Numbered from the stretch's first letter, positions 50,700-61,404 are shown. The stretch is DNA of 64,000 nt from Nitrospinales bacterium (GCA_965262115.1 OZ253496.1:2080001-2144000), one strand, 5' to 3'. Translations and numbers: made by a program. The notes: generated from the sequence alone by a model not told the origin.

Positions 50700-52112
50700 C
50701 TATCTGCCCCCACGGCGAGTGGGGAAGGGCTTTAAAAAAAACAGGGATAAGAATACCAGAAAAGCGTAGCCAGCGATGACTTTAAAAAACATCTGTGGGG
50801 TCATGAAACTGAACAGGGTGAGAAAGATAACCGCTCCGACACTGCCATAGGCCCCTGCCAGGCCGGCCAGCTTCCCGGTGAGGGGTTTGGATATCTGTGG
50901 AATCACTGCAAAACAGGCGCCGTTACCTGCTTTTAAGAAGATGGATCCCACTACCGCAAGGGTGATGGCACTGGAAAGCTGCCAACTGGAGTCAATCTCT
51001 CCCATTAACCAGTGACTCACCATTCCCCCAAGGACCATGATGAAAAGAGTTCTGCGGCGACCAAACCGGTCAGAAATCCAACCTCCTCCGGGCCGAGCCA
51101 CCAGGTTCATGAAAGCATAACTGGCCCCCAGCATTCCCGCTAATCCCACAGAAAGTGAAAACGTTGTTTCCATAAACTGCGGGAACATCGAAACGACCGC
51201 CAACTCGGAACCGAATGTAAGAGAATAGACCATGCTCAATATAGCGATCTGGCTGAACAAATATTTTTCTTCTTCAGGCACGGGGTGTTGCAGTCGAGGA
51301 ATGTTGACTTTCCAGCATCGCAATACGTTCAGGAAAAAAAGCAATACCATGCCAAGAATCAAAACCAGGGCAAGGGAGTTGGAAATCAAACCAAACGGAT
51401 GCCCGGAAAGCTTCCAGATGAATAAAGACAGGGTTCCATAAATGGGTAAGAGGAGAAGGATTTGCAGGATCAGATCCCGGCGCGAAGTGACTTCAATCAC
51501 GCCATGCAGGTCGACCAGGAAATCCTGACCTTTCCCTGGAGCATCAGGGCAAAATCGATAATAAACCCCCGCCCAGATAAGACAGGAAAGTCCCGAAAGA
51601 CCAGTAGCCACCCGCCACCCGGACTCTTCAGGCAAGAGAAAGGCAATAAGAGGAAGGGAAAACGCCGCGAACGCCGAACCGAAGTTGCCCCAACCTGCGT
51701 AAATACCCTGCGCCGTTCCCATCTTTTCCGGCGGGAACCACTCAGCGACCATTTTTATACCCACCACGAATCCGCCACCGACGATCCCCATCAACAAGCG
51801 GGTGACCAGCAATGTTTTGAAGTCCTGCGACATGGCGAATGCAAAACATACCAGTGCGGAAAAGATCAATAGTCCGCTGAACACTTTTTGCGGGCCGTGT
51901 TTATCAACCCAGAAACCGATAACGATTCTGGCGGGAATGGTCAAAACCACATTGCAGACCATCAAGATACTGATCTCGGCGGAAGACAGGTTCAAAGCGC
52001 GCATGATCGTGGTGTTGAAGGGCGCCATGTTAAACCAGGCCACAAAGGTCAGAAAAAACGCGATCCAGGTCAGGTGCAGGGTGTTCCATTGGATTTTGCT
52101 GAAACCTAACAT
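50700..52112 (-). CDS. NarK/NRT2-family nitrate/nitrite MFS transporter
   Basis: TIPARI, GIYAGWGNFG nitrate signature, FGSELAVVS, ARPGGGWISDRFG. Confidence 0.88.
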   Translation of the reverse strand: MLGFSKIQWNTLHLTWIAFFLTFVAWFNMAPFNTTIMRALNLSSAEISILMVCNVVLTIPARIVIGFWVDKHGPQKVFSGLLIFSALVCFAFAMSQDFKTLLVTRLLMGIVGGGFVVGIKMVAEWFPPEKMGTAQGIYAGWGNFGSAFAAFSLPLIAFLLPEESGWRVATGLSGLSCLIWAGVYYRFCPDAPGKGQDFLVDLHGVIEVTSRRDLILQILLLLPIYGTLSLFIWKLSGHPFGLISNSLALVLILGMVLLFFLNVLRCWKVNIPRLQHPVPEEEKYLFSQIAILSMVYSLTFGSELAVVSMFPQFMETTFSLSVGLAGMLGASYAFMNLVARPGGGWISDRFGRRRTLFIMVLGGMVSHWLMGEIDSSWQLSSAITLAVVGSIFLKAGNGACFAVIPQISKPLTGKLAGLAGAYGSVGAVIFLTLFSFMTPQMFFKVIAGYAFLVFLSLFFLKPFPTRRGGR

Positions 52113-52120
52113 TCGGTTGC

Positions 52121-52300
52121 CTCTTTCGGGATTTCCTTGAGGGCAATGATAGAGTTAAAAACAGTCATGGGCGGAAGATAACGGCGAGGAAAGAGACGAT
52201 TTCTGTGACCTGTTTTCGAGATTTGCTTGAGGGCAATGGTGAAGTTAAAAACAGTCATGGGCGGAAGATAACGGCGAGGAAAGAGATGGTTCTATGATCC
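52121..52300. repeat. 90-bp imperfect tandem duplication upstream of the NarK-type gene
   Basis: Units 52121..52210 and 52211..52300 share an identical core AGTTAAAAACAGTCATGGGCGGAAGATAACGGCGAGGAAAGAGA. Confidence 0.88.
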
Positions 52301-52316
52301 GTTTATTGTCACCGGT

Positions 52317-52628
52317 TTATGGCTGGTTGGTCATCATTTGATGGGACTTCACCACACCGTGCTGGTCAAAAACGATGATCATATCTTTGGTGATATCGCT
52401 GCCTAGGGAGTTGTAATAATTATATTCATAAGTCCAGATCCGGCTCCCATTCTGGACGCCCTTTTTAAAAGGCGGTCCAAACATGGACTGAACTTCCTTA
52501 TGGGTTGTTGTTCCTGCAACAATATTTTTATAAAGTGACTCATCGAAGTTTTTTCCGGCAGTGCCACAACCGTATGCGAAAAGCAAACCGATCAGGAGAA
52601 GAATATTCACGACGAAATTTGTTTTCAT
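52317..52628 (-). CDS. SmpA/OmlA (BamE-like) lipoprotein
   Basis: Lipobox AYGC, GTTT..EV...FG.P, W.Y, FD..GVV. Confidence 0.75.
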   Translation of the reverse strand: MKTNFVVNILLLIGLLFAYGCGTAGKNFDESLYKNIVAGTTTHKEVQSMFGPPFKKGVQNGSRIWTYEYNYYNSLGSDITKDMIIVFDQHGVVKSHQMMTNQP

Positions 52629-52642
52629 TTTGCAGTTCCTCA

Positions 52643-54169
52643 TTATGATGCCACAATATTATATTTTTCCCGATGCAGTTTCGGGTTCACCTGAAAGGTG
52701 ATTTCGATATTGTTTTGTTTTTCCATTTCTTCAAGAAAACTGCTCTCTTCTTCGAATAGCATGTCATAAATCGTTGGATGCACTTCGATGTCGATTTTCT
52801 TTTTAGTGATATTGTCGGTTCCCCGCCGCTGAATTTCACGGATGATTTCGTAACAGACCGTCGAAGTGCTCTTGATATATCCTTTGCCCTCACAGTAATC
52901 GCAGGGATCGCAAAGGGTTTGTGCCAGGCTTTCGCGCACGCGCTTGCGGGTCATTTCCACCAGCCCCAATTCGGAAATTTTAAGGATGCGGGTTCGTGAG
53001 CGGTCTGATTTCAGTGCCTGCTTGAGTGCGTTGGACACCATCTCCTTGCTTTCTTCTTTAGCCATGTCGATGAAATCGACGATGATGATACCGCCGATGT
53101 TCCGGAGCCGAAGCTGATACACGGTTTCTTTAGCTGCCTCCAGATTGGTTTTCAGGATGGTGTCTTCCGGATCGTTGTGGCCGACATATTTTCCGGTGTT
53201 GACATCAATGGCAACCAGGGCTTCGGTCTGGTCGATGATGATATAGCCGCCGGATTTGAGCCAGATGGTTCGGCCCAGAGCGCGACTGATATCCATCTCA
53301 ATGCCATAGTGATCGAAGATCGGCATCGGGTCTTTATACTGCTCAATTTTATCCGATAAATGTGGGAGATAGGTGGAGCAGAACTCCAAGCATTTGGTGA
53401 AATCCGACTTCGAGTCGATCACCAGCCGTTCAGTATCTTTGGTGAAAAGATCACGGATAGACCGAAAGATCAGGTTCAGATCCTCGTAAACCAGATGCGG
53501 GGCGCTTAAGTTTTCAGATTGGTTTTTCAGGTTTTCCCAAAGGCGGTGAAGAAACTTGAGATCCGAGTCAAAATCTGCGCGCGTGGCATCCTGCCCGGCG
53601 GTTCGGACAATATAGCCTCCACCGGGGTTGCCGATTTCGCTGAGAAGTTTTTTCAGCCGTTCTTTTTCGTCTTCATCTTCAATACGACGGGAAACACTGA
53701 TGTGGTTAACTGTGGGCATATAGACCAGATAGCGTCCGGGCAGGGTGATGTAATTGGTGATGCGTGCGCCTTTAGTTCCCAGCCGATTCTTGGCAACCTG
53801 CACCAGAATCTCCTGACCTTCCTGTAAAATATCTTGAATACGGATGTCATGATTGGGCCGACCAGGTTTTCCGGCAAAGGGGTTTTCTTTTTCATCAGTC
53901 AGAGGAGGAGGGTTCAGTTCGTCTTCGAGTCCGAGCATATCGACGACATCGATATCTCCGACGTATAGAAAGCCAGCTTTTTCCAGCCCGATATCGACAA
54001 AGGCCACCTGCATTCCGGGAAGAATCTTGGTGACTTTGCCCTGATAAATATTCCCAACAATGCCCTTGTTGGTTTTATGTTCGATAAACAATTCCGAGAC
54101 CTGATTGTTTTCCATCAGGGCAACACGAATTTCGCGCTGGTTGGAATTTATCAGTACTTCAGAAGACAT
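52643..54169 (-). CDS. rng: Ribonuclease G (Rne/Rng family)
   Basis: GNIY.G.V..ILPGMQ.AFVDIG, IDVNTG, LRLRNIGGIII.DFIDM, EMTRKR, CDYC. Confidence 0.92.
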   Translation of the reverse strand: MSSEVLINSNQREIRVALMENNQVSELFIEHKTNKGIVGNIYQGKVTKILPGMQVAFVDIGLEKAGFLYVGDIDVVDMLGLEDELNPPPLTDEKENPFAGKPGRPNHDIRIQDILQEGQEILVQVAKNRLGTKGARITNYITLPGRYLVYMPTVNHISVSRRIEDEDEKERLKKLLSEIGNPGGGYIVRTAGQDATRADFDSDLKFLHRLWENLKNQSENLSAPHLVYEDLNLIFRSIRDLFTKDTERLVIDSKSDFTKCLEFCSTYLPHLSDKIEQYKDPMPIFDHYGIEMDISRALGRTIWLKSGGYIIIDQTEALVAIDVNTGKYVGHNDPEDTILKTNLEAAKETVYQLRLRNIGGIIIVDFIDMAKEESKEMVSNALKQALKSDRSRTRILKISELGLVEMTRKRVRESLAQTLCDPCDYCEGKGYIKSTSTVCYEIIREIQRRGTDNITKKKIDIEVHPTIYDMLFEEESSFLEEMEKQNNIEITFQVNPKLHREKYNIVAS

Positions 54170-54256
54170 GGGTTTCCTGTGTCAGATTGGGTGAATGAAA
54201 AATTATAACATGGGGGCGGGTCAAACCTTGAGAAAAAACCAGACGGGGCGTTTTTG

Positions 54257-55357
54257 CTAATGCATTGACCTTCGCATTTCAACGTTGAGAAGCAGTCCTA
54301 CCGCGAAAAAATGGGTAATGAGCGAAGAGCCACCATAACTCAGGAAAGGAAGAGGAATACCGGTGATGGGAAACAGGCCGATGGTCATGCCAACATTGAA
54401 GATGACGTAAAATGCGATGGAGCTGATGAGCCCGAGAGAAAGAAAAAAACCAAACCGGTCCGCGGCCCTGAATGCGATGTTTAAACCTTTCAGGATGATA
54501 AAAAGGAATAAAGATAAAAGAACGATCACACCAAAAAAACCGGTTTCCTCGGCGAAGACTGAAAAAATAAAGTCGGTATGTTTTTCCGGCAGGAAGTTGA
54601 GTCGGCTTTGGGTTCCCGCAAGCAGACCTTTTCCCCAGAACCCGCCCGACCCGATAGCGATTTTGGACTGGATAGAATGGTAGCCTGCTCCGAGCGGATC
54701 CAATTCCGGGTTGAACAAGGTTAGAAGCCGGGTTTTCTGATAGTCCTTGAGGAAGAGCCAGAGTGCCGGAGCCAGCATGAGCCCACCGGTGAAAAGTTTT
54801 ATCACGGTCATTCTTTCCATTTCGATGGTGGCTATGAAAACCAGGAAAATGAAGAAAACCATCATGGTGGTGCCGAGGTCGGGCTGGACAACGATGAGCC
54901 CTCCAAGAGCCGCCGTCATCAATGTCGGGATGATCAGATCCTTCAACGTATATTGGTTCGGCATCTTTACCGATTCGAAGTATTTAGCCAGGACAATGAT
55001 GAGCGACACTTTGGCGAACTCGGAAACCTGAATACTGATGGAGCCCATATGAATCCAGCGGCGCGAACCCGACACGATCACTCCATGGAGCAGTACATAA
55101 GCGAGAGCCAGCAGGGTAAAAAAATAGATGAGGTAGGCATAACGACTGAACAGGCGGTAATCCAGCGCCAGAGCGATGAGCATGGCCACCATCCCACAGC
55201 CGATCCAGTAAATTTGTTTGATATAAAGGCTGCGGAAAAAAGCTTCCGGCCGAGCGTGGTTGGCACTGTAAATGGTCACCACGCCGAGAATAGCTATTCC
55301 CAGGCAGGTCAGGAAAAACAACCAGTTGAAATTGGAAACCAGGTGCCGACCAATCAT
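54257..55357 (-). CDS. rodA: Rod shape-determining SEDS protein RodA
   Basis: QPDLGT, YQK.R, DPLGAGY..IQS.IAIGSGG, LPEKHTDFIF, LPFLSYGGSS. Confidence 0.93.
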   Translation of the reverse strand: MIGRHLVSNFNWLFFLTCLGIAILGVVTIYSANHARPEAFFRSLYIKQIYWIGCGMVAMLIALALDYRLFSRYAYLIYFFTLLALAYVLLHGVIVSGSRRWIHMGSISIQVSEFAKVSLIIVLAKYFESVKMPNQYTLKDLIIPTLMTAALGGLIVVQPDLGTTMMVFFIFLVFIATIEMERMTVIKLFTGGLMLAPALWLFLKDYQKTRLLTLFNPELDPLGAGYHSIQSKIAIGSGGFWGKGLLAGTQSRLNFLPEKHTDFIFSVFAEETGFFGVIVLLSLFLFIILKGLNIAFRAADRFGFFLSLGLISSIAFYVIFNVGMTIGLFPITGIPLPFLSYGGSSLITHFFAVGLLLNVEMRRSMH

Positions 55358-55947
55358 AGGATAATTTTATCATAGCGCATTGCAAATTATGGATGTTTTC
55401 ACTCCCTCCATGAATTCTGCAACCTCATTGGGTAGCTGGCATGGCTAGGGTTGACGGCCATGGTCGTTATCTCGATTCCAGCCGAACAGGTTCTCCGTAT
55501 TATCAGACCTTACAACAGCATGCTGCCTGTACCTGGATCAAGATATGCGTAGGCATTACCTGGGAAACAGAGAATTGATAGAGTTGAATTATTTTTGGGT
55601 GTTGCACCCGGATTGCGTATGCTATTAAAGAATGAGAATGATTGATTGAGTTGGAGGACGATGATGAACAATCCGGACAAGGATCCTAAGCAAGAGAAGC
55701 CTCCTGGAAAGAAGGAGGAAAAAGATAGCCCCGGCAGTGAAAACAAACCTTCGCGCCTTGCGGAACGTAAAGGCCAGTGCCCGGAATTTCCCTTCAGGAG
55801 AAAACCGGTTTAGCGGGTGCTTCGTTTTTTTGTTACCCGGGTCTTGCCTGGGCCTGTTTTCCCGGAAGCCTCTTCTTGAATCGGAACGTTTTCAGGCATT
55901 GCTTGAGGAAAAATGAACTTTTAACCAGAAAGACCGGATTCTCCAAA

Positions 55948-56463
55948 ATGAAAGATTGCCCCTGCGGTTCGAATTTTCCTTTCACCGATTGTTGTGCTCC
56001 GTTGATTCGGGGCACCGGTTTTCCGGATACGGCGGAGGATTTGATGCGGTCGCGTTATACCGCCTTCACCCAGAAAAACTGGGAATATCTGGTGATCACC
56101 AGTCATCCGGAAGAAAAAAAAGAAATGGCTAAACTGGAGGAAGACCTGATCCGGGATGGGGTGGTTTGGAAAAGACTGGAGATTATGGATACCCGGACTG
56201 GAGGTCAGGACGATTCTGAAGGGCAGGTGGATTTTGTCGCACATTATACCAGGGAAGGCGTCGAACAAACCCTGCGAGAATCCTCCCGTTTTTATAAAAT
56301 CAATGGCCGTTGGGTCTATAGCCGTAAAGATTCCACTCTGCCCCCTGTCCCGTCTTCACCCCGGAAGAAACCCAAAACCTTTGTTCGTGACGAAGTTAAA
56401 ATAGGTAGAAACGATCCTTGCCCTTGTGGAAGTGGGAAAAAGTATAAAAAATGTTGTGGCTAG
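55948..56463 (+). CDS. YchJ-family protein with N- and C-terminal SEC-C motifs
   Basis: [43 protein letters not shown]. Confidence 0.9.
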   Translation: MKDCPCGSNFPFTDCCAPLIRGTGFPDTAEDLMRSRYTAFTQKNWEYLVITSHPEEKKEMAKLEEDLIRDGVVWKRLEIMDTRTGGQDDSEGQVDFVAHYTREGVEQTLRESSRFYKINGRWVYSRKDSTLPPVPSSPRKKPKTFVRDEVKIGRNDPCPCGSGKKYKKCCG

Positions 56464-56497
56464 CCTACAGATTGGGTTGAGGCTAGACTATAAAACA

Positions 56498-56665
56498 GAG
56501 ACCTTTGCATAACCCCGAGATTCTTCGTCACGTTGTTCCTCAGAATGACAAAACAGCCCTTTATTGTCATGCTGAGCTAGTGATACTCGACCTTTGCCTT
56601 CTTGCCCCGGAGGGGTATGTCGAAGCATCTCGCTTTTCTGCTTTATCGACTTACGCAAAGCTCTC
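56498..56665. mobile_element. MITE family B copy with family C insertion (56579..56617)
   Basis: TIRs GAGACCTTTGCATAA / TTACGCAAAGCTCTC; exact 9-bp TSD TATAAAACA; 168 bp = 129 + 39. Confidence 0.9.
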
Positions 56666-56699
56666 TATAAAACAGGGGCTCTTTCGGAAAAAAGCCTGG

Positions 56700-57500
56700 A
56701 AAATCCTTCTCTTGAAAATGTCTTTAGATGCACCCTCTCCCTGTGACAGAAAAACTTCAAGATGGTGTTAAAAATCAAGAGGTTTTTCAGGTTGCATACT
56801 TTCTAATCGGGAACCCCAAAGGCCTTTAATTACCCCGTATTAGAAAATGATTACCCAGTGTTTCCCACAGGTTTTACACAAATAGTGTGGAAAAGATGTT
56901 TTTCTAGCGAGGGTCCCATTGAAACCCTTTGCAGACAAGGAAATGAGGGGTCGTGGAGAAGAAGCCCCCCGTCTCATAAGGTGTGCTCGATCATGTTTTC
57001 TTTATACGCCTAATACATTGGCTTAGGAGGGGGAAGCAAAGACTTGATTTTGGTTAGTCCAAACATATTAGGAGCAGAACAGGTGTCAAAATTCCGCTAT
57101 CGTGTTCCCCCTACATTTGGCTTTCCAGAGGGGCAAGTCACGGTGTCGATGATGTAATGTTTTTTGACAGCCTGATTATCAGGGGAAAAGCATGACGGGA
57201 CTTTGATACCCTTCTCTCGCTTTTATTCTAGAGATCCTCTCAAAAACTCTTTCCGTTTTAAAATTTGTGGAAAACTCGCAAAGACTTCCTTCAACGTCAA
57301 TGGTTTTTCGACATTGCAGAGGGCTCGCATTAACTTATTGAAAATAAAGGTCAATTTTTTTACCATGTAAAAAAATCTATTAATCTGAGAAATTAAAATA
57401 TCGAATTTCTGATACCTGAAAAACTTTCCACAAATAACTCACAAGTAGAGGTCGTGAGAGAACTTGAAACATTACGCTTTAGTCTGAGGCGTGAATGAAT
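56700..57500. promoter_or_regulatory. Non-coding region with clustered DnaA-box-like 9-mers (candidate oriC)
   Basis: TTWTNCACA matches at 56872 (+), 56886 (-), 57266 (-); one-mismatch boxes at 56861, 57424; AT-rich 57330..57420. Confidence 0.45.
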
Positions 57501-57520
57501 ATTTTTATTCCTGAAGCACG

Positions 57521-58450
57521 TCAATTATTTCGTGGGGGCTCATACCCGTGTGTTTGTAAAAAAGTTTCCATATCCTGTGGGAGCGGCGCGCGAAATGACA
57601 GGTTCGAACCTTTGATCGGATGTTTCAGTTCCAGTTTATGGGCGTGCAGAGCCTGCCTGGGCATCTTTAGGTCTGTGGATTTCCCACCATAGAGTTGGTC
57701 TCCGATTATAGGATGATGGATCGAAGCCAAATGCACCCGAATTTGATGGGTTCTACCGGTTTTGGGCCAGAGCTTGAGGTAGGACCAAATTTTACAACGG
57801 TGTACGACTTGGTATTCCGTAGAGGCTTCCCGACCGTTTGAGGCTTTGGTGTCCATTTTTTTGCGATGTATTTTATGACGGCCGATGGCGGCATGAATCG
57901 AACCTGCGTCCTTTTTAACATTGCCTTTTACGATCGCCAGATATTCTTTGCGAATCTCGCGTTTCTTGAATTGTGCCGCCAGGTTTTTGTGGGCGGCTTC
58001 GGTTTTGGCCACCAATACCAGTCCCGAAGTATCCTTATCCAGCCGGTGAACAATGCCGGGCCGCTCGACCCCACCGATCCCCGGCAGGTCTTTGCAATGA
58101 TGTAGTAAGGCGTTGACCAGCGTCCCGGCAGAATGTCCCGGTGCCGGGTGAACCACAATGTCCGCCGGTTTATCCAAGGCAATTAAAAACTCGTCTTCAA
58201 AAATAATATTCAGCGGAATGTCTTCCGCGACAGTATCAAGAGGAACCGGGGCGGGTACCTGAACCGTGACCTGGTCTCCCTCCCGGACTTTATACCCGAC
58301 AGATCGAACTTCACCGTTGACTGTCACCCGGCCTTCAACAATTAGTTTTTTCAATCGCGACCGGCTGATCTCTGTCTGTCGGGCGGACAGAAAAACATCG
58401 AGCCGTTCCCGACTGGAAACTGAATCTACTTTAAATTTGTATTGTTCCAT
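57521..58450 (-). CDS. rluD: RluA/RluD-family pseudouridine synthase with S4 domain
   Basis: RLDVFL..SRS, GTLVNALL, GIVHRLDKDTSG, TGRTHQIRVH, GDQLYG. Confidence 0.92.
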   Translation of the reverse strand: MEQYKFKVDSVSSRERLDVFLSARQTEISRSRLKKLIVEGRVTVNGEVRSVGYKVREGDQVTVQVPAPVPLDTVAEDIPLNIIFEDEFLIALDKPADIVVHPAPGHSAGTLVNALLHHCKDLPGIGGVERPGIVHRLDKDTSGLVLVAKTEAAHKNLAAQFKKREIRKEYLAIVKGNVKKDAGSIHAAIGRHKIHRKKMDTKASNGREASTEYQVVHRCKIWSYLKLWPKTGRTHQIRVHLASIHHPIIGDQLYGGKSTDLKMPRQALHAHKLELKHPIKGSNLSFRAPLPQDMETFLQTHGYEPPRNN

Positions 58451-58452
58451 TG

Positions 58453-59160
58453 CTAAAGGGATGCGCCGCCATCGACGAAAAGGGTTTCTCCGTTCACAAA
58501 TGTGTTTTCCATCAGGTAGTCCAGGGCTTTGAGCAGGTCCTCCATACTGCCGTGGGTACCGGTCGGAACTTTTTTGGCGGCTTTTTCCAGATAATCAGGC
58601 GGCCCACCCTGAGGGGGGAGGATGAGTCCCGGAGCGATGCCGTTGACCCTTACCGACTTCCCCCATTCCACTGCCGCCAGTTCCGTTAAATGTTTCAAAC
58701 CCACTTTGCTGACTGAATAAGCCGCGAAGGTGGGGACGGTTTTTGTCACACGTTCATCAAGAATGTTGACGATCAAACCTTTGTTCACCTTGCGCTTGTA
58801 CTCGCGCATCAACAAATAAGGAGCCATGAGATTGAGGTTGAGGGTGTCGACTAAAGTTTTTAGGCTGGTCTCCTCTACATTTTCCTGAATGAAATTGGCG
58901 GCGGAATTGACCAGAAGTTCGACATCATCGAAGTTCTTGAGGACTTTGCCGATGAACGATTCGGCTTCCTCCGGGCTTCTCAAGTCTCCCGCATAGCCCT
59001 GGCACCGAACCCCTTGTGCTCGTGCCTCCTCGATCGTTGTTTCACTGTCCGTTCCGGAGCTATGGTAAAGCAGGGCGATATCAAATCCCTTGCCAGCCAG
59101 ATGCAGGGCCATCGCTCGGCCAATGCGGATCGCTCCCCCTGTCACAATGGCTGTTGGCAC
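58453..59160 (-). CDS. SDR oxidoreductase, pteridine reductase-like
   Basis: TGGAIRIG, LVNSA, YSVSK, RVNGIAPG. Confidence 0.88.
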   Translation of the reverse strand: MPTAIVTGGAIRIGRAMALHLAGKGFDIALLYHSSGTDSETTIEEARAQGVRCQGYAGDLRSPEEAESFIGKVLKNFDDVELLVNSAANFIQENVEETSLKTLVDTLNLNLMAPYLLMREYKRKVNKGLIVNILDERVTKTVPTFAAYSVSKVGLKHLTELAAVEWGKSVRVNGIAPGLILPPQGGPPDYLEKAAKKVPTGTHGSMEDLLKALDYLMENTFVNGETLFVDGGASL

Positions 59161-59293
59161 TTTTGCTCCTCACAAATGGCTTATGTTATACTCACAGGCT
59201 AATCATCAATTTACCATAAACCGGCATTATAGAAACCGTTTTGAATCCTTTACAGACCCAAAACATTTTAAGGAAACAGGAGTGACCAAAAAA

Positions 59294-59806
59294 ATGAGTG
59301 AGAAAAAAATCGTGAACATTGCCGTGTTGACAGTTTCCGACACCCGGACGGAAGCGGACGATAAATCCGGCCAGATTCTGGTTGATCGGATTCAGGGAGC
59401 CGGGCACCATCTGGTTGAAAAGAAAATCATTAAAGATGAAAAAGACTTGCTTCAGGAGCAATTGAAAAAATGGATCGCCAGTCCCGATGTCGATGCGGTG
59501 ATCGCAACAGGCGGGACAGGTGTAACAGGACGCGACATCACTCCCGAAGCGTTCGAGGAACTGTATGAAAAGTCCATCCCCGGGTTCGGCGAATTGTTCC
59601 GCATGTTGAGTTATGAAAGCATCCGAACATCCAGTTTGCAGTCGCGCTGTACGGCAGGAGTTGCCAACGGCACCTTCCTGTTTGCGTTACCGGGCTCGAC
59701 CGGGGCCTGCAAGGACGGGTGGGACCAGATTCTTGTCCATCAGTTGAACAGCACCCACAAACCGTGCAATTTGGTCGAACTGATGCCGCGCCTTCTCGAA
59801 AAATAA
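59294..59806 (+). CDS. moaB: Molybdenum cofactor biosynthesis protein B
   Basis: [44 protein letters not shown]. Confidence 0.93.
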   Translation: MSEKKIVNIAVLTVSDTRTEADDKSGQILVDRIQGAGHHLVEKKIIKDEKDLLQEQLKKWIASPDVDAVIATGGTGVTGRDITPEAFEELYEKSIPGFGELFRMLSYESIRTSSLQSRCTAGVANGTFLFALPGSTGACKDGWDQILVHQLNSTHKPCNLVELMPRLLEK

Positions 59807-60057
59807 CCACTAGGCGTGGGGCCGACTGCAATAGCATTCATGAGCGGACAACAGGTTTGCTCGGCTTAACGAGGTTTTGCCCCCCTCTTTCTCAAAGAGG
59901 GCTGGGGTGATTTACAAACAAGGGTTCAGTTTATCATGCTGAGCAGAGTCGAAGCATATACTTCGCTGGCCGGATTTTTGGCTTTCATTGACTCATTTAT
60001 TATTGTTATTCTTACATAAACAGGTTTCATCCCCGACATAAATTCCAGGAGATCAAA

Positions 60058-60399
60058 ATGAAAAAGATGTTTTTTGCGATTCTATTGCTAGTGATGGGAA
60101 TTTTATTTTCTTCCACGGCTTTTGCCCACGATGGTGAAGCCCACGCTAAGGAAGTTTACGAAGAAGGCAGTGGCGGCTCCTCAATGGATATGGGCCACAA
60201 AGCCGGTGCAACGGCTCATGAATATAAAGGCGAGCATGCCGGTGGAGCGGAGCACTCCAAAGAATATTATGAAAAGAAATACGGCAAATACGAGCATGAA
60301 AAACAGGGGTTACAGGAGGAAGGTAGCGGTATGAAAGAAGAAGCCATGAAGATGAAAGAAATGGAGCATCAACGCATGGAAGAAGGCAGCAGAATGTAG
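60058..60399 (+). CDS. Small secreted His/Glu/Met-rich protein
   Basis: AGGAG RBS, signal peptide ending AFA, three EEGS motifs. Confidence 0.8.
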   Translation: MKKMFFAILLLVMGILFSSTAFAHDGEAHAKEVYEEGSGGSSMDMGHKAGATAHEYKGEHAGGAEHSKEYYEKKYGKYEHEKQGLQEEGSGMKEEAMKMKEMEHQRMEEGSRM

Positions 60400-60476
60400 C
60401 CGCGTCCACTCGGCGTGGGGCTAGTGTAATAAGCCCGATGCTTGTCTCAATAATTCCTCTCCCCTTGAGGGAGAGG

Positions 60477-60856
60477 ATGAAGGTGAGGGGGAATAAAAAA
60501 TCTCTTCCAAATTTTCTGCAAGAAAACTCCGAAACAACTCCACCGATGCAGAAATAAAGCTATGGTCTGCACTTAGGTCTGCACTTAAAAACCGCCAACT
60601 GGCTGATTTCAAGTTTCGCCGTCAAGCACCCGTAGGAAAATACATTGTAGATTTCTTGTGCCATGAAAAATGTTTGATCGTTGAAGTCGATGGTGGCCAG
60701 CATATGGAAGCATCGATAGCCGATGATCAGCGTACCGCTTGGTTGCAGTCACAAGGATATCAAGTTATTCGATTTTGGAATGATCAAGTCTTGAAAGAAA
60801 CTGATGCGGTTCTTGAAGAGATACTGAGGTGCCTGAGCCAGGAAAGCCAGCGGTGA
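60477..60856 (+). pseudogene. DUF559/Vsr-like endonuclease, frameshifted near the start
   Basis: ARKLR.NST.AE..LW, FRRQ.P.GKYIVDF, EVDGGQH, VIRFWN; ATG 60477 is out of frame across the A-run at 60495; 12-bp in-frame duplication GGTCTGCACTTA. Confidence 0.8.
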
Positions 60857-61092
60857 AAATATTTGAATCCCCCTCATCCCAGCCTTCTCCCTCTAGGGGA
60901 GAAGGAGAAGAATCCACAAAGGAAATTGATTCAAAATTAATAATTCCTCTCTCCTTGAGGGAGAGGATAAAGGTGAGGGGGGCTAAGAAATATTCCTTAT
61001 TTTCCAATGGGTTGTATCGAAATGTGGGCGACATAAAAGTCCCGGCTGACAACTCTTCTTTTGTAAGAATTGAATCGCTCGGAGGGAGCATT

Positions 61093-61404
61093 ATGTCTGA
61101 TAATTTAGGAATCAACGAATTGAGGGTGCTATCCACTTTGATGGGAAAAGAAAAATATGGTCTCGAAATCATCCAGTTCGTTAAAGATGAAACCGGTAAG
61201 GAACTCTCCTTGGGCGGACTCTATACAACATTGCATCGGTTGGAAAAGAAAGGTTATGTCAAGGGCCGTCATGGAGAAGCCACTGCTGAACGTGGCGGCA
61301 ACCGTCGGAAATATTACAAGCTCACCGGCACCGGGCAAAAGGTTCTCGCCGATGCCCGCCAATCACTTTCACCTTTATGGGAGTTGGGGGTGCAGGGTGC
61401 TTGA
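61093..61404 (+). CDS. PadR-family transcriptional regulator
   Basis: YGLEI, GGLYTTLHRLEKKG, RGG.RRKYY.LT..G; GGAGG RBS. Confidence 0.9.
   Translation: MSDNLGINELRVLSTLMGKEKYGLEIIQFVKDETGKELSLGGLYTTLHRLEKKGYVKGRHGEATAERGGNRRKYYKLTGTGQKVLADARQSLSPLWELGVQGA

Noticed and set aside
52140..52280. ANTAR (NasR/NasT)-type dual hairpin leader for the nitrate transporter
   Set aside because: The CAATGGTG / TAACGGCG loop-like motifs are on the non-coding strand relative to the transporter and lack good stems.
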